The notes: generated by a model from the letters alone, not told the origin. Positions 25,950 to 36,910 are shown, counted from the stretch's first letter. The stretch is 64,000 nucleotides of DNA from Bacteroidetes bacterium ADurb.Bin139 (GCA_002070565.1 MWDM01000004.1:778-64777), one strand, 5' to 3'. Translations and numbers: made by a program.

Positions 25950-26426
25950 TTACATTTTTAAATATTTTTCTAAATCAAGTCCCGCAGGCAGCATACAACG
26001 GGCATCTCCACCATTAAGTAGCACATCCCGTACCACAGTAGAAGAGATGAAAGAATATTTTGGACCCGAGGGAATGAAAATCGTCTGGATTTCAGGCGCC
26101 ATCTTTGAATTGACCTGTGCAATGACCTGCTCCAATTCAAAGTCAGTGGTGGTGCGGATTCCTCTGAAAATAAAATTGATGTTGTTTTTTCTGCAGAAAT
26201 CGATCGTTAGCCCGGTAAAGGAACAGACTTCCACGTTGGAAAGGTCTTTGATCACTTCGCTAATGATTGCGACCCTGGCTTGAGGCGAAAAAAGGCTCAT
26301 CTTCTGTTGGTTGACACCTACAGCCACGACGATTCTGTCAAAGAGTTTTCTGGCAGAGAGCAGAACATCCAGGTGTCCGGAGGTAAAGGGATCGAAAGAA
26401 CCGGGGAAAACGGCAATTTTTTCCAT
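25950..26426 (-). CDS. coaD: Phosphopantetheine adenylyltransferase
   Basis: MEKIAVFPGSFDPFTSGHLDVL contains the nucleotidyltransferase signature. The length from the ATG at 26426 is about 158 aa. The longer track ORF adds a non-homologous extension. Confidence 0.9.
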   Translation of the reverse strand: MEKIAVFPGSFDPFTSGHLDVLLSARKLFDRIVVAVGVNQQKMSLFSPQARVAIISEVIKDLSNVEVCSFTGLTIDFCRKNNINFIFRGIRTTTDFELEQVIAQVNSKMAPEIQTIFIPSGPKYSFISSTVVRDVLLNGGDARCMLPAGLDLEKYLKM

Positions 26427-26451
26427 GTTAGAAGTGATTTGGTTGTGCTCC

Positions 26452-26459
26452 CAAAAGTA
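26452..26459 (-). promoter_or_regulatory. -7 promoter box TACTTTTG for coaD
   Basis: The minus strand reads TACTTTTG 26 nt upstream of the ATG at 26426. Confidence 0.4.
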
Positions 26460-26491
26460 ATAATAAATATCGGACTTCGTTTCAAATACTG

Positions 26492-27160
26492 TTACAGGCG
26501 CCAATCAACCGGTTGTAAACCTTTTGATTTAAGATAAGCGTTGGTGGCCGAGAAAGGCTTTGATCCCAGGAAAGCCCCCCGGGCCAGAGGCGAAGGATGT
26601 GCAGCTTCCAGAATACAGTGCCGGGAAGCATCAATCAGATCTTTTTTGCTGCGGGCAAAACTTCCCCACAATAAAAACACAACATTGTTTTTTTGGGCCG
26701 ATACCGTCCGGATCACAGCATCTGTAAATTCCATCCAGCCTGCCTTGCTGTGCGAGGCTGGTTTTCCTGCTTCTACAGTGAGTATTGCGTTAAGGAGCAG
26801 AACTCCCTGTCTGGCCCAGGCTTCCAGGCAGCCGTGCGACGGAGGTGAGATTCCAAGATCGGCTTTCAGCTCGGCCAAAATGTTCTGAAGTGAAGGAGGT
26901 TGCGGCATATTGCCGGGTACAGAAAAGGACAAGCCGTGTGCCTGCCCTGGCTGGTGGTAAGGGTCCTGTCCCAGCAGGAGTACTTTCAGGGCAGGAAAAG
27001 GAGTCAGTTCAAAAGCGTTGAATATTAGTTTGCCGGGAGGATAGATGGTTTTTCCCTGCTTGATTTGGTTATGTAAAAAAGAGGCAATCCCCTCAAAATA
27101 GGGTTTGGAGAACTCGGGCTGCAATACATTTTTCCAGCTTGCCTCTATTTTTATATCCAC
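26492..27160 (-). CDS. ung: Uracil-DNA glycosylase (family 1)
   Basis: It has the motifs LLGQDPYH and GQAHGLSFSV, and HPSPL near the C-terminus. Confidence 0.9.
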   Translation of the reverse strand: MDIKIEASWKNVLQPEFSKPYFEGIASFLHNQIKQGKTIYPPGKLIFNAFELTPFPALKVLLLGQDPYHQPGQAHGLSFSVPGNMPQPPSLQNILAELKADLGISPPSHGCLEAWARQGVLLLNAILTVEAGKPASHSKAGWMEFTDAVIRTVSAQKNNVVFLLWGSFARSKKDLIDASRHCILEAAHPSPLARGAFLGSKPFSATNAYLKSKGLQPVDWRL

Positions 27161-27161
27161 T

Positions 27162-29555
27162 TTACAAAACGTATTTGATGACTTCGGGTATGGTTTTCAT
27201 AAATTTGAACTCCAGCCCTTTGATAAATTCCGGTTTTATCTCTTCAATGTCTTTTCTGTTGTCTTCCGACAAAATGATGGTCTTGATACCGGAGCGTTTT
27301 GCGGCAAGAATCTTTTCCTTGATGCCACCAACCGGAAGAATCCTGCCGCGCAGGGTGATTTCTCCTGTCATGGCCACGCCCTTTTTGACGCATTTTTTCA
27401 GGAAAGAACTGGCCATGGAACAAATCATGGTTATCCCGGCAGAAGGACCGTCCTTGGGGATAGCTCCCTCAGGAACATGCAGGTGGATGTCTGTTTTTTC
27501 GAACACCTGGGGATCGAGTCCCAGAAGGTCTGCGTGAGCCTTCAGATACTGTTGTGCAATAATTGCCGATTCTTTCATCACATCTCCCAGGCTTCCGGTA
27601 GTGGTTAGTATGCCTTTCCCCTTGCTCAGGCTCGTTTCCACAAATAATATTTCGCCTCCGGTCTCTGTCCAGGCCAGTCCTGTGACCACCCCGGGAAATT
27701 CGTTGCCTTTCTGCACATCCTGTATGATCCGGTGCACACCCAGTATTTCCCGTATGTTGTCCGGTGTGAGCATGGGATTGTATTCTTCGCCGAAAGCGAT
27801 CTTTTTTGCCACGTTCCTGGCCACCTTTGCCAGTTGCTTGTCCAGGTTCCGTACGCCGGATTCCCTTGTATATTCATTAATGATCACATCTATGGACTGA
27901 GCGTTAAGCCTGAGTTGGGATGGTTGCAGACCATGTGCCTCAAGTTGTTTGGGCAGGAGGTGTTTTTGAGCGATCGTTCTTTTTTCCTCGGCCAGGTATC
28001 CGTTAATTGGGATCATTTCCATCCGGTCACGAAGGGCCGGCTGTATACCTCCTATGTTATTGGCGGTGGTGATAAACAGCACCCTGGACAGGTCGTAATC
28101 CACATTCAGGTAATTGTCATGGAATGTATTGTTCTGTTCCGGATCCAGAACTTCAAGCAAAGCCGAGGAGGGATCTCCCCTGAAATCTGTGCCCACTTTG
28201 TCAATCTCGTCAAGAACAATGACCGGATTGGACGATTTGCTCCGTTTAATGCTTTGTATGATCCTTCCGGGCATGGCCCCGATGTATGTCCGCCTGTGGC
28301 CCCTGATCTCCGATTCATCGTGAAGCCCGCCCAGGGATATGCGTGCGAAATTTCTTCCCAGTGCCCGTGCCACCGATTTGCCGAGTGATGTTTTACCGAC
28401 TCCCGGAGGACCATACAAGCAGAGAATGGGAGATTTCATATCTCCTTTAAGCTTAAGAACAGCCAGGTGTTCCAGAATCCTTTCCTTTACCGTGTCCAGG
28501 CCGGAATGATCCTTGTCCAGAACCCTGCGGGCGCGTTTCAGGTCCAGGTTGTCCTTTGTATATTCTTCCCAGGGCAGGTCTACCATAAACTGCAGGTAGT
28601 TGAGCTGTATACCATAATCTGGCTGATGCGGATTGGCTCTTTCCAGTTTTTGGACTTCCTTCTCAAATATTTCTGCAATTTCTTTGTTCCATTTCTTTTT
28701 AGAGGCTTTTTTCCTGAGGTTTTCTATGTCCTCCATGTCTTGTGTTATACCCAGCTCATCCTGTATGGTTTTGAGCTGGTTGCTCAGGTAATATTCTTTT
28801 TGTTGCTGATCAATCTCCCCCCGGACTTTCTGATGGATCTGTTCCTTGAATTTGAGCAATTCAAGGTGTTTGTAAAGCAATTCCAGCAGGTATGAAGCAC
28901 GGTCCTTGAGCTTGTCGGTAGCCAGCAGGACAAGTTTTTCCTTGATCCCGTCAAGGTATATGTTGGAGGCTACGAAATTTACAAGAAAATCATCCTTATC
29001 AATGTTTCTAAGCGCGAATTCCGCTTCTCTGGGTACGCTTGGTGTGAGCTGAAAAATCTGGGCAGCCACTTCCTTGATGCCATCTACAATGGCTTTGTAA
29101 CCGGTGTCGCCCTCTATGGGTTGTATGTCTGACAGAAAGCTTACCTGGGCTGTATAATAGGGTTCTTTCTGGACTATCCGGTCAATCTTGAAACGGCGGA
29201 AGCCATGCAGTATCACAGTGATACCCCCTTCCGGCATTTCAATGATCTTCAATATTTTTGCAAGACACCCGTGGTCGCTGATCATGCTTTCATCGGGGTC
29301 ATCATCCATCGGGTTCATTTGGGTGACCGTCCCCACCCACTTGTCACCGCTCAGGCTTTCCCTTACCAGTTTTATGGATTTTTCCCTGCCCACGGTTATG
29401 GGGATCAACGTACCGGGAAATACAACAGCGTTCCGCAACACCAAAAGGGGAAGTATTTGCGGTAAACCGTCCTTGATCATATCTTCTGCCGGCTCGTCCA
29501 TATCCATTTCCATTAAAGGGATCACGGTCATTTTATCACTAAGTATCAGATTCAT
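27162..29555 (-). CDS. lon: ATP-dependent Lon protease (endopeptidase La)
   Basis: A Lon N-terminal domain, a Walker A motif (GPPGVGKTS) and a protease domain with PKDGPSAGITM (catalytic Ser) are present. The start is set at the ATG at 29555, preceded by the near-consensus box cATATTTG. Confidence 0.9.
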   Translation of the reverse strand: MNLILSDKMTVIPLMEMDMDEPAEDMIKDGLPQILPLLVLRNAVVFPGTLIPITVGREKSIKLVRESLSGDKWVGTVTQMNPMDDDPDESMISDHGCLAKILKIIEMPEGGITVILHGFRRFKIDRIVQKEPYYTAQVSFLSDIQPIEGDTGYKAIVDGIKEVAAQIFQLTPSVPREAEFALRNIDKDDFLVNFVASNIYLDGIKEKLVLLATDKLKDRASYLLELLYKHLELLKFKEQIHQKVRGEIDQQQKEYYLSNQLKTIQDELGITQDMEDIENLRKKASKKKWNKEIAEIFEKEVQKLERANPHQPDYGIQLNYLQFMVDLPWEEYTKDNLDLKRARRVLDKDHSGLDTVKERILEHLAVLKLKGDMKSPILCLYGPPGVGKTSLGKSVARALGRNFARISLGGLHDESEIRGHRRTYIGAMPGRIIQSIKRSKSSNPVIVLDEIDKVGTDFRGDPSSALLEVLDPEQNNTFHDNYLNVDYDLSRVLFITTANNIGGIQPALRDRMEMIPINGYLAEEKRTIAQKHLLPKQLEAHGLQPSQLRLNAQSIDVIINEYTRESGVRNLDKQLAKVARNVAKKIAFGEEYNPMLTPDNIREILGVHRIIQDVQKGNEFPGVVTGLAWTETGGEILFVETSLSKGKGILTTTGSLGDVMKESAIIAQQYLKAHADLLGLDPQVFEKTDIHLHVPEGAIPKDGPSAGITMICSMASSFLKKCVKKGVAMTGEITLRGRILPVGGIKEKILAAKRSGIKTIILSEDNRKDIEEIKPEFIKGLEFKFMKTIPEVIKYVL

Positions 29556-29624
29556 ATTATTTATCCTCACAAATATGCAGTCAATCTTCGTGCCAGATAA
29601 CGCTACTGACAAAATGACCGACAA

Positions 29625-31046
29625 TCAGATAAACGGAACTTTAATGGAAAAAAAGAAATTCTTCCAGGAGAAAATGCCGTGATGGCACTCTCTGTTGACC
29701 GAATAGTCTATCCCGATAACCATATCGTAATAGGTGACCAGGTCCAGACCAAGGCCTGCGGAATACAGCCATTTGTTGCTCAGGGAATTCAGATGGTAGT
29801 CCCATTTGTTCTTTGCATAACCCGCATCAAAATGAGCATTAGCGTATAGGGAAATGTGAATCTTGTTGAATTTGGGGAGGAATGAAAGCCAGTCAAGTGT
29901 GAAGGTCTTTTTCTTTAGAATATTATATTTCAGTGTGTTGTTGGATATGACATAAGACTGGCCGTCTGCCACGGTGTATTCGTAACCGCGCAACATATTG
30001 TTGTCATACCCAATGGCTTTTTCCAACATATATGCCTGGGTATTGGAAAGGGAATAGCCTCCTGAAAAAACGGAAGAGACATACCAGCGTGAAGAGGAGA
30101 TCTGTTTAAAATATTGAAGTCCCAGCGTAATCTGGGCATATCGTACAGTAGCATCGGAGGTGATGTAGGTGTTCAATCCTGCCTGGAGAAAATAACCGTT
30201 CAGGGGGTAAGGGTGGTAGTCCCGGTGATCCAGACGGTACCTGTAATTAAGCCTGAAGGCGTTCCTTCTGAGCTGGTCATTGCCCCAGTAATCAGGATTC
30301 AGGCTGAGAACAGTATCGGCCAGCATGGTGAATTCATGCGTAAAAGAAACGTTGTGGATTGAGCGGATGTCGGGCCTGTATGAATAATTGATACGGGTAT
30401 CGATGGTCTTTTCCAGGAAAATGTCCCGGATGTTATAACGGGCCGGCTTGTCCTCTTGCGTAAAAATGTCCAGGTTGTGGCTTATGTTGGCCTGCAGGTC
30501 CAGGCTCATGAAATGCTTACCCTGCCTGTCCAGGGAAATGTCCCGGTAACCGAGGAATATACCCCACTGATAACCTCCGTGTACAGCGAGTACCAATTTA
30601 TGTTTCAAGCCCAGAAAATTGTCTATGCGCGCACCCCCTTCTATGGTGATCTTGGTGAAATCCCAACTTTGCAGCCAGGTGCTCAGGTTGCGCTCTTCCA
30701 GCTTTACTTCTATCAGGGGCCAGATGTACCATCTTTCTTCAACCTCTATGATCACTGTTACCAGCGAGCTATCACCCACAGACCGGAGGGGTGATATTTG
30801 CACATAGTTAAAAAGAAGCAGGTTGTTCAGATTTTCCCGCGCCAGTCGGATTTTGTCAGGAAGATCATTTTCGGGGATCGTGTCGCCGGGTGAAAATGGC
30901 AGCTCTCTAAGTATGATAAAATCCTTGGTTGTCTGGTTCCCTGTTATCTGAATCCCGTCAATCCGCAAGTTTGCGCCCCATCCGGAAAACGGGATCAGGG
31001 CAAACAGGGCGGGAATTACAAGACGAAGAAACAGGCTGGATTTCAT
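29625..31046 (-). CDS. BamA/TamA-like outer membrane protein (POTRA domain plus beta-barrel)
   Basis: It has a signal peptide and a POTRA-like segment (IDGIQITGNQTTKDFIILRELPFSPGD). The C-terminal part has alternating, aromatic-rich beta strands. Confidence 0.55.
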   Translation of the reverse strand: MKSSLFLRLVIPALFALIPFSGWGANLRIDGIQITGNQTTKDFIILRELPFSPGDTIPENDLPDKIRLARENLNNLLLFNYVQISPLRSVGDSSLVTVIIEVEERWYIWPLIEVKLEERNLSTWLQSWDFTKITIEGGARIDNFLGLKHKLVLAVHGGYQWGIFLGYRDISLDRQGKHFMSLDLQANISHNLDIFTQEDKPARYNIRDIFLEKTIDTRINYSYRPDIRSIHNVSFTHEFTMLADTVLSLNPDYWGNDQLRRNAFRLNYRYRLDHRDYHPYPLNGYFLQAGLNTYITSDATVRYAQITLGLQYFKQISSSRWYVSSVFSGGYSLSNTQAYMLEKAIGYDNNMLRGYEYTVADGQSYVISNNTLKYNILKKKTFTLDWLSFLPKFNKIHISLYANAHFDAGYAKNKWDYHLNSLSNKWLYSAGLGLDLVTYYDMVIGIDYSVNRECHHGIFSWKNFFFSIKVPFI

Positions 31047-32104
31047 AGGCCGGCAAAATTAGGTAAAAAATCCAGATATTTTTCTGTCAGTCTGGATATT
31101 GCATACCTGTGCATATCCTGCCGGTCAATCTGAATATACTCTTTATCAAGTCCGGGAGCAGAGTCAAAGAGCCTGATTTTAAAGAAAACCGGATATATAA
31201 TCTGGTGTGTCAGTTTATGAGGACTTACTTCAACAGAGCCAACCATCGTACAGGCTGAAGAGCCTAGCAATCTGACAAATTCCTCTGTCTGCTCTAGTTC
31301 CTGGAACCCCGATTTCTGAGGGGTTTCTATCAGGGGAAATTCATAGAGACCTTTCCAGATGTCTTTGCCGGTCCTTTGTCTTAAGAAGGTTGATTTCCCA
31401 AATTCTATGTCCAGGTAATTGAAATGCCTTATCCTTGATACATTCTTTTCCTGTTTGAAGGGTAATTTATCTGTCAGTCCCTTTTGACAGGCAATACACG
31501 TTTTAGCCAGAGGACACACAGAGCAGGCAGGACGCGGAGTGCAGACAAGAGATCCGAAGTCCATCATGGCCTGATTGAAGGAAGCGCTGTCGTGTGTGGG
31601 AAGCAACGATTCTGCCAGTCCGGAAAAGAACTTCTTTGCCCGGCTTGTCCCCACCTTCAGATCTATGCCAAAATACCTTGCCAGAATTCTGTATCCGTTA
31701 CCGTCAAGGGCCGCAACCGGCAGTCCGAAGGCAAAAGAAGCAACGGCAGCAGCAGTGTAGTCACCTATGCCATCAAGACTTCTTAATAATGTAACATCTG
31801 CCGGAAACGTTCCGTTATATTCTTCCATCAACCTTTTTGCGGCTTTATGCATATTTCGTGCCCGGGAATAGTAACCCAGTCCCTGCCACAATTTCAGCAC
31901 ATCATCTTCCCGGGCCTGTGCAAGATGGACAATAGTGGGAAAGGCTTCCAGAAACCTTTTGAAATAATGTGTTCCCTGCTCAACCCGGGTTTGCTGCAGG
32001 ATCACTTCAGATACCCATATAGTATAGGGGTCTTTGTTTTTTTTCCAGGGAAGATCCCGCTGGTTGACGTTATACCAGTCAAGGAGGAGACTTGTGAAAT
32101 CCAT
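31043..32104 (-). CDS. mutY: A/G-specific adenine DNA glycosylase
   Basis: The N-terminus is LL.WY..NQRDLPWKKNKDPYTIWVSEVILQQT. It has a Fe-S cluster loop (C..RPACSVCPL...C) and a C-terminal NUDIX-like domain. Confidence 0.9.
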   Translation of the reverse strand: MDFTSLLLDWYNVNQRDLPWKKNKDPYTIWVSEVILQQTRVEQGTHYFKRFLEAFPTIVHLAQAREDDVLKLWQGLGYYSRARNMHKAAKRLMEEYNGTFPADVTLLRSLDGIGDYTAAAVASFAFGLPVAALDGNGYRILARYFGIDLKVGTSRAKKFFSGLAESLLPTHDSASFNQAMMDFGSLVCTPRPACSVCPLAKTCIACQKGLTDKLPFKQEKNVSRIRHFNYLDIEFGKSTFLRQRTGKDIWKGLYEFPLIETPQKSGFQELEQTEEFVRLLGSSACTMVGSVEVSPHKLTHQIIYPVFFKIRLFDSAPGLDKEYIQIDRQDMHRYAISRLTEKYLDFLPNFAGL

Positions 32105-32177
32105 GGTGCAAAGATAGATATAAAGACCTTTTTTTTGTTTTTTTAACTGAAACGTCTTGATATTAAGAATAAAATGT

Positions 32178-32185
32178 TACTTTTG
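32178..32185 (+). promoter_or_regulatory. -7 promoter box TACTTTTG for the HU gene
   Basis: It matches TAnnTTTG and lies about 50 nt upstream of the ATG at 32238. Confidence 0.4.
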
Positions 32186-32237
32186 CAGTCCATTTGGAAA
32201 TGCAATCTATTTAAATAACTCTTAAATTTTTCGTATT

Positions 32238-32522
32238 ATGACTAAAGCAGATATCGTAAATGAAATTGCCAAATCGACCGGCCTGGAGAAAATCGTTGTA
32301 CAGAAAGTTGTTGAAAGTTTTATGGATAACGTAAAAAGCTCTTTGATACAGAATAATAATGTATATCTTCGCGGTTTCGGAAGCTTTATCCTGAAAAAAC
32401 GCGCTAAAAAAACAGCTCGCAATATTTCGAAGAACACCACTTTAGTTATTCCTGAACATTACATACCTGCTTTTAAGCCGGCTAAAATTTTCATGGATAA
32501 AGTAAAAAACAGCGTTAAATAA
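32238..32522 (+). CDS. HU-family nucleoid-associated DNA-binding protein
   Basis: MTKADIVNEIAKSTGL...V...RGFGSF....RA.K.ARNI is the classic HU/IHF fold signature. Confidence 0.9.
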   Translation: MTKADIVNEIAKSTGLEKIVVQKVVESFMDNVKSSLIQNNNVYLRGFGSFILKKRAKKTARNISKNTTLVIPEHYIPAFKPAKIFMDKVKNSVK

Positions 32523-32529
32523 TTTCAAT

Positions 32530-32619
32530 ATGCCAAGCGGAAAAAAAAGAAAAAGGCATAAAATGGCTACGCACAAACGGAAAAAACGTTTGCGCAAGAA
32601 TCGTCATAAAAAGAAATAA
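32530..32619 (+). CDS. 29-aa Lys/Arg-rich peptide, candidate ribosomal protein bS22-like
   Basis: The ORF (ATG to TAA) encodes MPSGKKRKRHKMATHKRKKRLRKNRHKKK. It lies 8 nt after the HU stop and is followed by a strong terminator hairpin. It is too short for the supplied ORF track. Confidence 0.5.
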   Translation: MPSGKKRKRHKMATHKRKKRLRKNRHKKK

Positions 32620-32643
32620 GCCATAATGTCTGATGAACCGGGA

Positions 32644-32680
32644 AACCTAAAGCAACTTTTTCTAAAAGACTCTTTAGGTT
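32644..32680 (+). terminator. Terminator-like hairpin (9-bp stem) after the HU and small-peptide genes
   Basis: aacctaaag and ctttaggtt are perfect complements and are followed by tctt. The T-run is weak. Confidence 0.45.
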
Positions 32681-32683
32681 TCT

Positions 32684-32691
32684 TACTTTTG
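32684..32691 (+). promoter_or_regulatory. -7 promoter box TACTTTTG for the RNase G/E gene
   Basis: It matches TAnnTTTG and lies 7 nt upstream of the ATG at 32699. Confidence 0.45.
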
Positions 32692-32698
32692 CCACAGA

Positions 32699-34255
32699 AT
32701 GGAGAAAGATTTAATTATTGATGTTACCTCTTCTGAAGTTTCCATAGCCTTGCTGGAGAACAAGAGACTAGTGGAATTGCACAGGGAAGAGACAAGCGAC
32801 AATCATTTCTCGGTGGGCGATTTGTATCTGGGTAAGGTCAAGAAGATCATGCCTGCCCTGAATGCCGCTTTTGTAGACATTGGCCACGACAAGGATGCTT
32901 TTATTCACTATCTGGATTTAGGATATGCCTTTTCTGCAGTCAATTATTTTACCCAACAGGTAATTACAAGGAAAAACCCTCCCGCCGAGATCTATTCCAG
33001 CCTTAAACTGGGTTCGGTACTGCCCAAGGAAGGGAAGATTTCGGAGGTATTGAAGGTAGGGCAGGCCATACTCGTTCAAATTGTCAAGGAACCCATTTCT
33101 ACAAAAGGTTCGCGCCTGACCTCCGACATATCCATAGCCGGAAGAAATATGGTATTATTGCCGTTTTCTGAAAAGGTAAATCTCTCTTCAAAAATCAGCC
33201 TCAAAGAAGAGCGGGGCAGGCTGGAAAGGCTGGTTCAGAGCATTCTACCTCCCAATTACGGTCTTATAGTAAGGACAGCTGCCGAAGGAAAAAGGGCAGC
33301 AGTCCTGGACATCGAGCTCAACTCGCTGATCCATAAATGGGAAGAATCCTGGTCTGTTATGCGCAAGGGGAAAGTCCCCTCACGCTTATTGACAGAAAAC
33401 AGCCGCATTACGACCGTAATCCGCGACCTGCTAAACGACACCTTTACCAGTATACATGTCAACGATAACACGGTATTTGAAGAAATCTGTTCCTATATTT
33501 CCACCATAGCCCCGGAAAAGGAGAAAATCGTAAAGCTTTACAAAGGCAAGGATCTGATATTCGATGCTTTTGACATAAACCGCCAGATAAGGAGCTCTTT
33601 CGGGCGGGTGGTTCCCCTCAGGCAGGGCATCTATATCATCATAGAACATACAGAGGCCTTGCACGTGGTTGACGTGAACAGCGGGATCCGCTCAAAAATC
33701 GCAACCGGTCAGGAAGACAACGCCTTTGAAGTGAATATGATAGTGGCCGAGGAGCTTGCGCGACAACTCAGGCTCAGGGACCTGGGCGGCATCATTGTGG
33801 TCGATTTTATAGATATGGATACCGCTGATCACCGTCAGAAACTTTACAAAAGAATGCAGGAGCTTATGGCCACGGACAGGGCAAAACACAGCATCCTGCC
33901 CCTGACAAAGTTTGGGCTTATGCAGATTACGCGCCAGCGGGTAAGGCCGGCCATGGAGATCAATACCAGTGAAAAATGTCCCAGCTGCAATGGAACGGGA
34001 AAAATCGCACCCAGCCTGTTGTTTACAGAAAATATTGAAAACCAGCTGGCTTTCTTTGCCAACGAAAAGAAACTTAAAAACGTTATCCTGGAAGTGCACC
34101 CCTTTGTGGAAGCTTATCTGACCAAGGGATTCGTGTCAAGAGCCAAAAAATGGTCCAGAAAATACGGATGCCGTCTCAATGTCAGGGTAGCCCCTGAACT
34201 TGCCGTAACGCAGGCCAGGTGGATGGATGACAATAACGAAAAAATTGACGTCTAA
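32699..34255 (+). CDS. rng: Ribonuclease G/E family endoribonuclease
   Basis: An S1 domain ([23 protein letters not shown]), the catalytic region (HVVDVNSG) and a zinc-link motif (CPSCNGTG) are present. Confidence 0.9.
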   Translation: MEKDLIIDVTSSEVSIALLENKRLVELHREETSDNHFSVGDLYLGKVKKIMPALNAAFVDIGHDKDAFIHYLDLGYAFSAVNYFTQQVITRKNPPAEIYSSLKLGSVLPKEGKISEVLKVGQAILVQIVKEPISTKGSRLTSDISIAGRNMVLLPFSEKVNLSSKISLKEERGRLERLVQSILPPNYGLIVRTAAEGKRAAVLDIELNSLIHKWEESWSVMRKGKVPSRLLTENSRITTVIRDLLNDTFTSIHVNDNTVFEEICSYISTIAPEKEKIVKLYKGKDLIFDAFDINRQIRSSFGRVVPLRQGIYIIIEHTEALHVVDVNSGIRSKIATGQEDNAFEVNMIVAEELARQLRLRDLGGIIVVDFIDMDTADHRQKLYKRMQELMATDRAKHSILPLTKFGLMQITRQRVRPAMEINTSEKCPSCNGTGKIAPSLLFTENIENQLAFFANEKKLKNVILEVHPFVEAYLTKGFVSRAKKWSRKYGCRLNVRVAPELAVTQARWMDDNNEKIDV

Positions 34256-35964
34256 GGCTGGTTCAGTTTTTTGCCAAAGGAGTCTTTCAGAGTACAGATC
34301 CTGTTGAACACGGGCCTTTCCGGCGTTGATTCGTAATCAGGAACAAAATAACCCAACCGTTCAAACTGAAAACGGATACGCGTATGGTCCTGACCGCTGA
34401 CCGCTTGATTAGCAAGAAGGGCAGCCGTGTTGTCAATGTACGCCTGCACTGTTTTTAGGGAATCGGGATTCAGATAATCCCTGTAATCCCTGTCCCCGGG
34501 TATGGACCCCATGTAGGCTTCTGTAAACAGCCGGTCAAAAAGGCGGACTTCTCCGGCAATGGCATGCCTGGCCGAAAGCCAGTGTATGGTCCCCTTTACA
34601 CTGCGCCAGGTTCCTGTACCCGGTTTTGTACCGGGATCCAGCGAGCAGTGCAGTTCCAGAATTTGGCCGTTGTTGTCCTTCACCACCTTTTCACATTTTA
34701 TGATGTAACCGTATTTGAGCCTGACTTCTCCCCCGGGCATCAGACGGAAATATTTCTTAGGCGGATCTTCCATAAAATCATCCCGCTCTATATAGATCTC
34801 ACGGGAGAAGGGAATCAGCCGTTCCCCGGCCGAGGGGTCTTCAGGGTTGAGGGGGGCTTTCATGTACTCTTCCCTATCTTCAGGGTAATTGGTTATGATC
34901 ACCTTAAGTGGATCCAGTACCGCCATATGACGGGGTGCCGTTTTATTCAATTCATCCCGTATGCACCATTCCATAAGGGAAATGTCTATGACATTATCCC
35001 TTTTGGCAACGCCCACCTTTTCTGAAAACAGGCGGATTGATGACGGGGTGTACCCCCGGCGCCTGAGCCCGCAAATGGTGGGCATCCTGGGATCGTCCCA
35101 ACCATTGACAAGGCCGGTCTGCACCAGCTCAAGGAGTTTCCGCTTGCTCATTACCGTATGGGTTATGTTTAACCGTGCAAATTCATACTGGCGGGAAGGG
35201 AATATGTCGAGCTGCTCTATGAACCAGTCATATAGCGGCCGGTGTACATCAAATTCAAGGGTGCACACAGAGTGGGTGATATGCTCTATGGAATCACATT
35301 GTCCGTGGGCATAGTCATACATGGGGTAAATGCACCAGTTATTGCCGGTACGGTGATGTTCTTCGTGAATGATCCTGTACATCAGGGGATCCCTCATGAG
35401 CATGTTGGGATGGCTCATATCAATTTTGGCACGCAGGACCCGGCTTCCATCTGGAAACTCCCCGGCCCTCATCCGGGTAAACAAATCTGCATTTTCTTCA
35501 ATGCTGCGGTTTCTCCAAGGACTGTCTTTTCCCGGGGTAGTCACCGTACCGCGGTTCAGGCGGATCTCTTCCTGCGACTGATCATCCACATAGGCCAGGC
35601 CTTTGCGGATCAGCCCATGTGCCCACTGGTACAATTGTTCAAAATAGTCCGAGGCATAAAACTCATTGGCCCATTCAAATCCCAGCCAGTTTATGTCTTC
35701 CTTGATGGAATCGACGTATTCTGTATCTTCCTTTGTGGGGTTGGTATCGTCAAAACGAAGATTGGTCTTACCTCCGAATTTCCGGGCCAGTCCAAAATTC
35801 AGGCAAATACTCTTGGCATGGCCTATATGCAGGTATCCGTTGGGTTCGGGGGGGAATCTGGTAATGATGGACTGGTGCTTGCCACGGGCCAGGTCCTCCT
35901 GTATGATTTCTTCAATAAAATTGAGGGAACGTTCCGATGTCGTCTGTGTATTTTCTGCATTCAT
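34252..35964 (-). CDS. glnS: Glutamine--tRNA ligase
   Basis: It has the class I HIGH motif ([13 protein letters not shown]) and the KMSKS variant VMSKRKL. The length and C-terminal anticodon-binding region are typical of GlnRS. Confidence 0.9.
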   Translation of the reverse strand: MNAENTQTTSERSLNFIEEIIQEDLARGKHQSIITRFPPEPNGYLHIGHAKSICLNFGLARKFGGKTNLRFDDTNPTKEDTEYVDSIKEDINWLGFEWANEFYASDYFEQLYQWAHGLIRKGLAYVDDQSQEEIRLNRGTVTTPGKDSPWRNRSIEENADLFTRMRAGEFPDGSRVLRAKIDMSHPNMLMRDPLMYRIIHEEHHRTGNNWCIYPMYDYAHGQCDSIEHITHSVCTLEFDVHRPLYDWFIEQLDIFPSRQYEFARLNITHTVMSKRKLLELVQTGLVNGWDDPRMPTICGLRRRGYTPSSIRLFSEKVGVAKRDNVIDISLMEWCIRDELNKTAPRHMAVLDPLKVIITNYPEDREEYMKAPLNPEDPSAGERLIPFSREIYIERDDFMEDPPKKYFRLMPGGEVRLKYGYIIKCEKVVKDNNGQILELHCSLDPGTKPGTGTWRSVKGTIHWLSARHAIAGEVRLFDRLFTEAYMGSIPGDRDYRDYLNPDSLKTVQAYIDNTAALLANQAVSGQDHTRIRFQFERLGYFVPDYESTPERPVFNRICTLKDSFGKKLNQP

Positions 35965-36006
35965 ATGCCGGGATGATTTTGTTGGGCAAAAATAATCATA
36001 ATAATG

Positions 36007-36014
36007 TATATTTG
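36007..36014 (+). promoter_or_regulatory. -7 promoter box TATATTTG for yicC
   Basis: It matches TAnnTTTG 17 nt upstream of the ATG at 36032. A TTTG lies about 25 nt further upstream. Confidence 0.45.
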
Positions 36015-36031
36015 CTGAAAATTAGATTCAA

Positions 36032-36910
36032 ATGATTCGTTCAATGACCGGTTACGGAAAAGCTGAAGTTTCATTTTCCGGACAGAAGTATACCGTCGAG
36101 ATTCGTTCTGTGAACGGGAAAACGGCCGATATCGGTTTTAAAACATCCCATATACCCAGAGAATACGAGCACGATTTACGTAAAAACCTGATAAACAAAT
36201 TACAACGCGGCAATATAGATATGTTCATAGGGGTTGACCAGGAAGTGGTTGAATTGGGAAAAACATTTAATGTAGAACTTATCAGGCAGTATTATAAAGA
36301 ATTGCAGGACATTTTCAAAGAAATTGCTCAGGAAGTCAACCCCACGGAACTGGCCGCTGCCCTGCTCAGGATGCCAGAGGTGAGGGAAGTGCAGAAGAAA
36401 GAAATGGATGCCGGGGAATGGAAAATCCTTGAAGCGTGCATTTATCAGGCGGCAGACAATCTGGATGAATTCAGGTGCCGGGAAGGGGAGAGGCTGGGAC
36501 AGGACCTGTTGTCCCATTTAGAAAATATTGAAAATTACCTGCATATTGTAGAAACACTGGACCCCGGAAGGATGGAGTCGATAAGAAAACGGCTGGATGA
36601 CAAATTATCAGGATTGGGCGAAGATGTATCGATAGATCAGAACCGGCTGGAGCAGGAGTTGATCTATTACCTTGAGAAGACAGATATCAGTGAAGAATGT
36701 GTGCGCTTAAGCCAGCATTGCACCTATTTCCGGCAGACAATGGACCAGGAAGAATACGCAGGCAGGAAACTAAACTTCATTGCACAGGAAATGGGAAGAG
36801 AGATCAATACGCTGGGTTCCAAGGCAGCTCATGCAGGAATGCAGCAATACGTTGTGATGATGAAAGACGAACTTGAAAAAATTAAAGAACAGGTACTCAA
36901 TGTCCTATAA
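36032..36910 (+). CDS. yicC: YicC-family stress-induced protein
   Basis: It starts MIRSMTGYG and has the C-terminal motif EINTLGSKA plus the terminal EQVLNV, all typical of YicC/YloC. Confidence 0.85.
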   Translation: MIRSMTGYGKAEVSFSGQKYTVEIRSVNGKTADIGFKTSHIPREYEHDLRKNLINKLQRGNIDMFIGVDQEVVELGKTFNVELIRQYYKELQDIFKEIAQEVNPTELAAALLRMPEVREVQKKEMDAGEWKILEACIYQAADNLDEFRCREGERLGQDLLSHLENIENYLHIVETLDPGRMESIRKRLDDKLSGLGEDVSIDQNRLEQELIYYLEKTDISEECVRLSQHCTYFRQTMDQEEYAGRKLNFIAQEMGREINTLGSKAAHAGMQQYVVMMKDELEKIKEQVLNVL

